Made by a program: the position numbers and the translations under genes. The notes beneath the pieces are model-generated. The model was given only the letters and a program-made list of their open reading frames with translations. It was not told the origin of the DNA and did no database searches. A DNA stretch of 37,355 bases from NCBI GenBank assembly GCA_016201185.1, contig JACQDG010000224.1, forward strand, positions 1 through 37,355. The letters are read 5' to 3'. The stretch comes from Acidobacteriota bacterium (GTDB lineage Bacteria; Acidobacteriota; Terriglobia; Bryobacterales; JACQDG01). Positions within the stretch are counted from its first letter, which is position 1; every line of letters starts with the position of its first letter. Shown piece after piece: positions 27,814 to 37,355 of this stretch.

Positions 27814-28605
27814 ATGTCTTGCACAGGCCTTGCAGTGAGAACGGCTCCCACCGGGAGCCTGAATCGAGAACAGCGGGACGCCATTGTGATAGATCACCTG
27901 CCATTGGTGAAAGCTATCGCCGGGCGGGTCCGGGAGAATCTTCCGGTGCAGGTGGAACTGGACGACCTGGTGCACGCCGGGATTCTGGGTCTCTTTGATG
28001 CGGTTCAGAAATACGATCCCACCAAGCGCGTGGCGTTTCACCTGTATGCCAAGCACCGCATCCGCGGGGCCATCCTGGACAGCCTGCGGCAACTGGACTG
28101 GGCCTCGCGCGATTTGCGCAAGCGCTACAAGCGGATCGAAGCCATGACTCAGAAGCTGAGTTACAAGCTGGGCCGGCCTCCCCATGAGACCGAGCTGGCC
28201 CGGGAAATGGGCGTCAGCCTGGCGCGCTGGCGAAAAATGGTTTGGGAGCTGCACTCCGCCGGGCTGGGCCCGGGTCAGAGCCACCTGGGTAGCCAGACCA
28301 GCGACGGTCTGGACCGCTTCTCCGGCCCGGATTCGCCGCGCAGCATGGAAGACCTGCCGGATCGGGCCTGTGCTCGGAAGCAATTGCGCCAGGTTCTGGC
28401 GGCGGTCCTCGAGAGTCTACCGCCCCGCTACCAGCGCGTGGTCGCCCTCTATTACACCCACGGCTCGACCATGAAGCAGATCGGGGCCGAGCTGGGGGTG
28501 AATGAAAGCCGGGTATCGCAAATACACAAGGGGGCGCTGGAGAAACTCAACGCCGCCCTGCGCAACCGGGGCATTCAGACCCCCGGCATCTTTGTGGACG
28601 GCTGA
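27814..28605 (+). CDS. fliA: FliA/WhiG family sigma-28 factor
   Basis: HLPLVK.IA, DDLVHAG.LGL.DA, RIRGAILDSLRQLDW, MKQIG..LGVNESRVSQIH. Confidence 0.93.
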   Translation: MSCTGLAVRTAPTGSLNREQRDAIVIDHLPLVKAIAGRVRENLPVQVELDDLVHAGILGLFDAVQKYDPTKRVAFHLYAKHRIRGAILDSLRQLDWASRDLRKRYKRIEAMTQKLSYKLGRPPHETELAREMGVSLARWRKMVWELHSAGLGPGQSHLGSQTSDGLDRFSGPDSPRSMEDLPDRACARKQLRQVLAAVLESLPPRYQRVVALYYTHGSTMKQIGAELGVNESRVSQIHKGALEKLNAALRNRGIQTPGIFVDG

Positions 28606-28622
28606 CCCCGGTTGGAACCGCG

Positions 28623-30206
28623 CTAGGCTCTGGCTTCCATTCGCCGCCACTTTGCGAGCAGCGCCTGCAACCGCAGATAGGCCTCCTTCGTCCTCAGGTC
28701 TTCGTGCAGAAGCCCGCCGTGCGGGATGAAAGCGGGGTCGACAACGTCCCACCACCCGATGGCGTCGATATACGGCTTACTGTACACGAGCGTATAAAAC
28801 TGCTCGATCCAGTCGGCCTGCGCCGTCTCACTCCAGTGCTCCCCATGCCACGGAAAGCGGACCCCGTGCGGCCACGCGGTGGGAACTTCGACCGAGGAAG
28901 AGGGCAGGCCGAGCTCGGTGATGTGGATCCGCTTGGCAAAGCCCTGAAACGTCTCGATGGACCGTTCAAATTCGAGCAGGTCCCGTCCCAGGTAGTAGTA
29001 CTGCAAACCGATCGCCTCAAACTCCGTCCCCGCGTCCTTCACCATTTGCAAATAGTCATAGACGCTCTGCTCGCCGATTTTTGGCGACCGCGCCATGTAT
29101 TCGCACCAGGTGCAGCAGTTGTTGACGATGCGAAAACAGGTGGGATCGGCTTCCCGCGCCGCCCGGAGCGCCCCCGCCGTCAAATCGATCATGTGTTCCT
29201 TCGTGAACCCTAGCACGTTCTTGTGGTGCAGCTCGTTGACGACGTCCCAGATGTGGATGCTGCCTCGAAACCGGGCGATCGAGCGGCGAATGTGCGTCAG
29301 GCAGACGGCCTTCGCCTGCTCGTAGGTCCTGCCTCTCAGCCACTGCGGCGTGGTGCCGGGATAGAGAAAGATCAGTGGGTGCCCTTTCCGCACGATGGAG
29401 GTCCCGTCGAGCCAGCTCAGGATTTTTTCCACGACGCCATAATCAGGCTTTCCCTCGACACCTTCGACCCCGCGCAGGTAGAAAGGAAGAGTGGCGTAAT
29501 TGAATAGCCCTGCAAACCGCTCGGCATACGGTTTTCCCAGTGCAGGGAAGCCGAACGCATTGGCCCCGAACAGGAAGCCGGGCCGCGCCCCGTGACGGGC
29601 GATGAGCTGCTCGGCCCGCCCGATAACGATCATCTCCCCGGCCCACAGTGATTCGCGCAGGGATTCGATCGACCAGCGGGCCGCTGCCCGCTGGTCGGGC
29701 CTGGCAGCCGTGGCCTTCTTCAACAGCGCCTCGGCCTGCTCCGTCCGGCGCAGCGCAGCGGCGGAGATCTCTATGCCGGAACGCCGGCATTCCTCCGCGA
29801 GCCGGCGCACCGTCGCCAGCCGATCGGCGGCGAACTCGAAGTTGAGAAAGAGCGGCTCCGGTTTGGCGAAAGACTCCGGTGTGTAGCCGCTGCCCCGGTT
29901 GTCGGCGTACACGTACATGTGGCCGAATCCCGGCACCAACAGTGGCGTCGAGATGCGAAACGGCCTTGCGGCAGGCTCAAAAACGACTTCTCCAGGGCTG
30001 AATTGCGGCTCGATCGGGAAGGGACGCAGCAAAAAGTCGCAAATGTGAAAACGGTCCAGCTCTTTCGCCGCAACCGGCTTGCCCTGGTAATCGAGGATCC
30101 GGCAGCGGGCCTGGACGGGTTCCGGAACCGCAACCTGGCCGCCGAGCACGGAAGCGGCGGCGAGCCTCCCGACAAATTCGCGGCGCGTGCTCCCACAGGC
30201 TCTCAT
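28623..30206 (-). CDS. Tat-exported GH10-like glycoside hydrolase
   Basis: STRREF Tat motif; KGHPL, WDVVNE (acid/base), IGLQ, IHITEL (nucleophile). Confidence 0.85.
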   Translation of the reverse strand: MRACGSTRREFVGRLAAASVLGGQVAVPEPVQARCRILDYQGKPVAAKELDRFHICDFLLRPFPIEPQFSPGEVVFEPAARPFRISTPLLVPGFGHMYVYADNRGSGYTPESFAKPEPLFLNFEFAADRLATVRRLAEECRRSGIEISAAALRRTEQAEALLKKATAARPDQRAAARWSIESLRESLWAGEMIVIGRAEQLIARHGARPGFLFGANAFGFPALGKPYAERFAGLFNYATLPFYLRGVEGVEGKPDYGVVEKILSWLDGTSIVRKGHPLIFLYPGTTPQWLRGRTYEQAKAVCLTHIRRSIARFRGSIHIWDVVNELHHKNVLGFTKEHMIDLTAGALRAAREADPTCFRIVNNCCTWCEYMARSPKIGEQSVYDYLQMVKDAGTEFEAIGLQYYYLGRDLLEFERSIETFQGFAKRIHITELGLPSSSVEVPTAWPHGVRFPWHGEHWSETAQADWIEQFYTLVYSKPYIDAIGWWDVVDPAFIPHGGLLHEDLRTKEAYLRLQALLAKWRRMEARA

Positions 30207-30218
30207 GGTCTCCTCATA

Positions 30219-31424
30219 CTAAAAAGACAGCCGGTAGACGTGCGCCCCGAAAGGCTCGAAGCTGTCACGCCAGGCGCCATCTTTAAGGCCGGGCGTTCGC
30301 GACTCGAATAGCGCCTGGCAGCGCCGGAACGCGTCGAGTCCGGAGAACGTCACTTCCACGGGGTTGGGGTCGGCGTTGACTGCCATCAGGATGACGCCGT
30401 GTTCACCGGGCTTGGCGATCCACTCGATGCCCCGGTCCAGGCTATGGCCGACATCGTGATACGTAAGCCCCAGCTTCAACGGCGCCTTTCGCGCCGCCAG
30501 CTCGGTTTTGAGTTCCCGCAACTCGCCGGCCACCGCTCGCACGTCCTCCCACAGGGGCGCGTCGGGCGGGTTGGAATAAAGACCCCAGTAGAGCAGGCCG
30601 TTTAACCCGTGGGCGATCGCCTGGTAGGTCATGAAGCGCATCTGGGAACGGGTGGGATAGAGAATCATCTTCGGGTCGCGGTCCTTTTCGCGCAGGTTTT
30701 CCCAGGCGAAAGCCTGCAGCACGAGGAAGACGGCGCGCGAGGCGCCCGCCACCCGCCGCATCTTGTCGGCGTACTGGCCGACCTGGCTGACAAAGGTGTT
30801 GAGAAAGTCTCCCTGCCGGCCATCAGGCCACAGAGCGTACATCTCGCGAATCCCCGGCGGCGCCACGGGGTAAATGTCGGTGGCCACAATATCGGCCCCC
30901 GGGTTATATCGCTCGAGCGTGCTTTCGAGGTTCGTGGGCGCGTGGTTCAGATAGAGCAGGTGAGCCGGATCGAGGCTCTTGACGAAGCTATAGGTAGCTA
31001 TAATATCTTCTGGCGGCACGCGGGGTTCGGTCTTCTTCCAGATGTAGGACGGTTCGTCCTCCGTTTCCCACAACAGAAGAGCCGGCTCGTTCCGGAAGGC
31101 GGTCACAATCTTCCGGATTCTCTCTTCATCCGCGCTGCGCTTTTTTGGCGAAAGGGAGCCTAGGCCCACCCAGGCGTGCAAGTTGTGCGCCGCGGCCTGG
31201 GCAAAGTCCTCCGCCTTGGCCTGCACGTTGACCAGGTTGAAGCCGGCTTCCTTCGCCTCTTTCCAGGGACTGGCGGTGCGAGGCAACTGATAAAGCCCCA
31301 GAATGAACTCCCGCCGGCCGTCCATGGTGATCATGCCGTCAGAGTCCATCCCGATCTGGCGTACCCCGGCGGGCGCCGCGAGCAAAGGCAGCGGGATGGC
31401 CTTCAGGAATGTCCGCCGGTCCAT
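30219..31424 (-). CDS. Tat-exported TIM-barrel glycoside-hydrolase-like hypothetical protein
   Basis: MDRRTFL Tat motif; AGFN.V, W…DEP, DP.H, DI…DIYP, GLLYW. Confidence 0.75.
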   Translation of the reverse strand: MDRRTFLKAIPLPLLAAPAGVRQIGMDSDGMITMDGRREFILGLYQLPRTASPWKEAKEAGFNLVNVQAKAEDFAQAAAHNLHAWVGLGSLSPKKRSADEERIRKIVTAFRNEPALLLWETEDEPSYIWKKTEPRVPPEDIIATYSFVKSLDPAHLLYLNHAPTNLESTLERYNPGADIVATDIYPVAPPGIREMYALWPDGRQGDFLNTFVSQVGQYADKMRRVAGASRAVFLVLQAFAWENLREKDRDPKMILYPTRSQMRFMTYQAIAHGLNGLLYWGLYSNPPDAPLWEDVRAVAGELRELKTELAARKAPLKLGLTYHDVGHSLDRGIEWIAKPGEHGVILMAVNADPNPVEVTFSGLDAFRRCQALFESRTPGLKDGAWRDSFEPFGAHVYRLSF

Positions 31425-31426
31425 GG

Positions 31427-33545
31427 TCAGCGGGACTCCTTTTTTGCCTGCGCCCGGTCGTATTCGTCGATCAGCCGGCTGCCTTGTTCGAGCGCCCGCC
31501 ACGCTTCCTCTTGTGTGCCTTGTGGAATCTCGATGCTCTTGTTTCCCTTGGCGTCATCGACCAGCCAGTCATAACGGTTGAGCCAATACCCATCATGGAA
31601 GCGACGGCCGGCCATCATCGCGTCCTTCCACTGGGGGATGGGGTAAAGCCCGAGCATCAGCGCCGAGGCATTCAGCATATGCTGGCCGCGCAGCCAGAAG
31701 CGGTCCACGTCGGCCGCCGACAACGCCTGGAAGCTCATCCAAATCATAGGCATGTCCGGGGTGCTCAGGCCGCGGATCAGCCCGCGGTAGAACCAGCTAT
31801 ACGGCAGCCCGGCATGGTAGGCGCCGAAGAGGAAGTTTGGATTGATGGCCCGCACCCGCTGCCGGATCAAGCGGCCAAGCTTTTCGCTTTCTTGCTCCAG
31901 AAGCAAGTAATAGGTTTCGAGCAGGCTGCGATCTCGCAGCCAGGGATAGCGCTGTTCGTAAGAAAGCCGGGCCGCCTCCTCCAGCACCTGGCCATCCAGG
32001 TGGCCCCGGGCGGATCGCAGGAAGGCCTGAAAGGCGGCGTCCTCAAAGCCGATGGCCTCCGGATAAAAAATGATCGGCTCCCAGCCATACATTTCAAAGT
32101 CGATCGTGGCGCCCTTGACAGAAGGATGCGCCCGGCTGAAGCGGGCGACCTCCTCGAGCGAGGGAATCACGATCTCGTTCCACAGCCGGAGATCGAGCGG
32201 GGAGAGAATCTCCAGCACGCGGCCGTCGACGCCCCGGCACCGCTCGTACCGGTCCCGGTCGAAGGCCCCGCCGGGGTAGTTGTAGCCGATGGTCCAGCCG
32301 ACGCTCGATCCATCGAGCTCTTTGGCGAACGTCTCCCAGGCGTGGCGCAGGGCGGCGCGCTGCTCGGCTGAGTATTTGCTCGACACGAAGCGATCCGGCC
32401 ATCCGACTCCCCAGATGTAGTTCAGCCCGGCCTTCTTGAAGCCTGCCGCCAGGCGCTTCAGCCAGTCGTCGTCCCGGTTGGTGTCCCCCCAAGCGGCGCG
32501 GAGGCCGTGATCGAGGTACTGGCCGTAAAGATCCCGGCGGATGGTTGCCCGGTATTGCGCCCGGTAACTTTCGCGGTTCTCGGGCACGCGCTCGATCGCC
32601 CCACCCGGCGGCACGGAGATTAGGCCGCTTTCCGCCGGTGGCGCGGCCGGGAGAGAATGTTCCGCCTGCTCGTCAAAGGCCGCGTCTATGTGAGCCGGCC
32701 CGCTCCAACGAGCCTTGCCGCGCGCCAGGCTCGCCATTTCCGAAAGAATGTTCTGAATGAACCGGTCGCTCGACGGCGCCCAGTCCAGAACATTTGTCGG
32801 CTGCACGCCCACCCGCCCGTTGAAACCGCCGATGTTCAGGTTGAAGCGCTCCGTCACCAGCACGTACCCCTTGCCGTATTGGGCCATGGCCACAACGGGG
32901 AAGGCGCCAGACCCAGGCATGTCAGGAACCCGGGGCCGCCCCAGGCCTACGATGGCAAAGGCCGTCGGCGAAGTTCGCGCCAGTACCAGCGCTGGCGGCC
33001 TTGCTTCGAGAATGGTCGAGCGGTCGAGCACCAGGTTCTGATCCACACCTTGAGCCGCAAATGTGCCGCTCGCCGGCCGGAAATAGCATTGTGGATACAT
33101 GGCCGAAAGATACCGCCCGGAATCATCGTCGGCGATCGCGGGCTTGACCTGAATGCCCGAGCCGAGCGCCGCGAGCAGCCGGTTGTAAGGCCGCAACTGG
33201 TTAAAGGCTTCCGGATCGCCCGGCACGCCAAGGATGAGCAGCCCGCCCCTGGCCACATAAGAAACCACGGCGGGAATCTCAACTTCCGGCAGTTGCAGAC
33301 TGGAGCCGATGCCGCCCGCCGAAGAGAGCAGCACCAGCATGTGGTATCGGGCCAGGTCCGCCCGCGTGAGAACAGGATAGTATTGCCGGAAGTCGACATG
33401 CATGCCGGTGGCGGCCACGCGGCGGATCACTTCGTTCGAAAAATCGGGCGGGTTCATCTCGTAGTCGATAACCAAGGCCCGTTCGTCGGCCCCAGCGCCC
33501 GCGGTGGCCAGAACCAGAAAGAGGACAAACACAGCAGAAGTTTTC

Positions 33546-33547
<2 letters not shown>
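31427..33547 (-). CDS. secreted two-domain hypothetical protein (N-terminal GATase-like alpha/beta domain, C-terminal GH-like barrel)
   Basis: Signal peptide …AGA; YV..GG.LI…N.LL..LG and G.G.V; C-terminal AGLN, LSPLD, G..IDFEMY. Confidence 0.72.
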
Positions 33548-35609
<2,062 letters not shown>

Positions 35610-35611
35610 TC

Positions 35612-36538
35612 ATGGTGCTCTATCGGCAAGGGGTCCTGATCTACAATCCGGCGGCCGGATGGCGGCGTGGGCGGCTGGAACAGCAGGTGCAGCGAGCGGT
35701 TGATGTTCTGCGGTTTCACGTGGAACGAATGGTAATCCGGCCCACTGTCGGGCCCCGTTCGGCGATCGAGCTGGCGCGGCAGGCTTCTGAGCAGGGCGCT
35801 GACCTGGTGCTGGCCTGTGGGGGAGACGGGACCATCAACGAGGTGGTGAACGGCCTGGCCCATGCTGCCGTGCCCCTGGCCGTGCTACCGGCCGGGACCG
35901 CCAACGTGCTGGCACGCGAAATTGGCTTGCCGCGCGATCCCGTGCGGGCCGCGGAAATGCTCGCTTCGCTGGCGCCCCGGCGGATCTCGTTGGGACGGGT
36001 CTCGCCGAGCGGCGCCGCCGCCCGCTACTTTCTTTTGTTGTGCGGAGCCGGCCTGGACGCCCACATCGTCTACCATCTCGACCTGCGGCGGAAAGCCCGT
36101 CTTGGTGTGCTGGCCTATTGGTGGGCCGGGCTGGCCGAGTTTGGTCGGCGGCTGGAAGTGTTCGAGGTCGAGATCGGCCCGCACCGCTACGAGTGCGCGT
36201 TTGCCCTGGCCGCCCAGTCGAGCACCTATGGAGGCAGCTTGCAGATTGCGCGCGACGCCCATCTGCTGTCAGGCGAGTTTCAGGTGGTGCTGTTTCACTC
36301 CCGCTCCACGCTGCGCTATCTTCGGTACCTGGCAGGCGTGCTGACGGGCCGCCTGGAAGGGCTGCCGGATGTGACTTTCGCGACAGCCCGCCGGCTCGAG
36401 ATGCGGGCCGCCGAAAGCGCGCGCGTGTACATTGAGGTGGATGGGGAATCAGCGGGCTGTCTTCCCGCCACTCTCGAAATCGTGCCTGGCGCTCTCACGC
36501 TGCTGATGCCGGCCGCCTACCTGCAAGCCCATGGATAA
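35612..36538 (+). CDS. diacylglycerol/lipid kinase family protein (YegS/BmrU)
   Basis: NPAAG, GGDGTINEVVNG, LPAGTAN, G.GLDA, VDGE. Confidence 0.93.
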   Translation: MVLYRQGVLIYNPAAGWRRGRLEQQVQRAVDVLRFHVERMVIRPTVGPRSAIELARQASEQGADLVLACGGDGTINEVVNGLAHAAVPLAVLPAGTANVLAREIGLPRDPVRAAEMLASLAPRRISLGRVSPSGAAARYFLLLCGAGLDAHIVYHLDLRRKARLGVLAYWWAGLAEFGRRLEVFEVEIGPHRYECAFALAAQSSTYGGSLQIARDAHLLSGEFQVVLFHSRSTLRYLRYLAGVLTGRLEGLPDVTFATARRLEMRAAESARVYIEVDGESAGCLPATLEIVPGALTLLMPAAYLQAHG

Positions 36539-37355
36539 CATCACCCACTCGCTGACCGCGGTACTACTCTCCCGTACCGGCCCGAACCGCGTGATCCCCC
36601 GCGCCACGTGGACCCTGTTTCTGGCGTCCAATGCGCCGGACATTGACTTCATCGCTTTTGCCGGCGGGCCGCTTTCTTATTTGCGCTATCACCGGGGTCT
36701 GACCCACGCCGTGGCGGGGGCACCGCTGGTGGCGGCGCTGGCGACCCTGGTGATGTGGCTGCCCGCTCTGTGGCGCAAGGAGAAATATTCCTGGGGCCGG
36801 ACATACCTGGTGGCGCTGATCGGCGTGGCGCTGCACGCGTTGATGGATTTCACTAACGTCTACGGCATCCGGCCCTGGTATCCGTTTGCGGATACATGGT
36901 ATAGCTGGGATATATCATTCCTTGTGGACGTCTGGCTTTGGGTGGCGATGCTGGCGGCGCTGGCCGCTCCGGCCCTGGGGCGGATGATCAGCGGAGAAAT
37001 CGGCGCGCCGGCGGGCAGCGGCCGCGGCTGGGCCGTGGCGGCGCTGCTGTTTGTGGCGCTCTGGTGGGGCGCCCGGGACGTGTCCCATCGCCGGGCCCTG
37101 GCCATGCTCGATTCCCACCTCTACGGCGGCGGCATCGCGGCCGGCGACGATTCCGATTCTTCCAAGGAAAGGCCCGGCGAGCCTCCCCTGCGCGTCGCCG
37201 CTTTCCCCAATCCCACCAACCCGCTCGAGTGGCGCGGGTTTGTTGAGACCGAGGCCTTCTACCAGATCCTGACCGTCAACGTCCTCCGGCCGCTCGACCC
37301 CACGCGCGGCCAAGTGGTGTACAAACCGGAGCCTTCGCCGGCTCTCGAGGCCGCC
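36531..37355 (+). CDS. metal-dependent membrane hydrolase (YdjM-like), 3'-partial
   Basis: MDNITHSL…SNAPDID…HRGLTH…LH.LMD..N.YG; frame stays open to the window end (absent from the track because it has no stop). Confidence 0.9.
   Translation, partial: MDNITHSLTAVLLSRTGPNRVIPRATWTLFLASNAPDIDFIAFAGGPLSYLRYHRGLTHAVAGAPLVAALATLVMWLPALWRKEKYSWGRTYLVALIGVALHALMDFTNVYGIRPWYPFADTWYSWDISFLVDVWLWVAMLAALAAPALGRMISGEIGAPAGSGRGWAVAALLFVALWWGARDVSHRRALAMLDSHLYGGGIAAGDDSDSSKERPGEPPLRVAAFPNPTNPLEWRGFVETEAFYQILTVNVLRPLDPTRGQVVYKPEPSPALEAA

Overview
GC-rich bacterial chromosomal segment. Gene content (gap-pgk, rph-rdgB, a large MoxR/vWA/TPR cluster, Uma2, many secreted hypotheticals) suggests Acidobacteriota, probably Bryobacterales-like (inference). 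In order: the 3' end of a probable selenoprotein (in-frame UGA plus SECIS-like hairpin), a small basic protein, a thymidine kinase with altered catalytic motifs, a CPBP protease, a secreted hypothetical, gap, pgk, a FitAB/VapBC toxin-antitoxin pair, a GT2, rdgB, rph, a 45-aa membrane protein, and a methyltransferase + GNAT-like pair. Next comes a ~15 kb minus-strand MoxR operon, split by oppositely oriented Uma2 and M28 peptidase genes and carrying two apparent microhomology deletions. It is followed by a sugar isomerase, a divergent FleQ-like sigma-54 activator / FliA sigma-28 pair with candidate enhancer boxes, a sigma-54 promoter and a c-di-GMP-I-like leader RNA, three exported glycoside-hydrolase-like genes behind ligA, a lipid kinase and a partial metal-dependent hydrolase. 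I saw no rRNA, tRNA, CRISPR array or transposase. All family calls come from motif recognition by eye; no searches were run.
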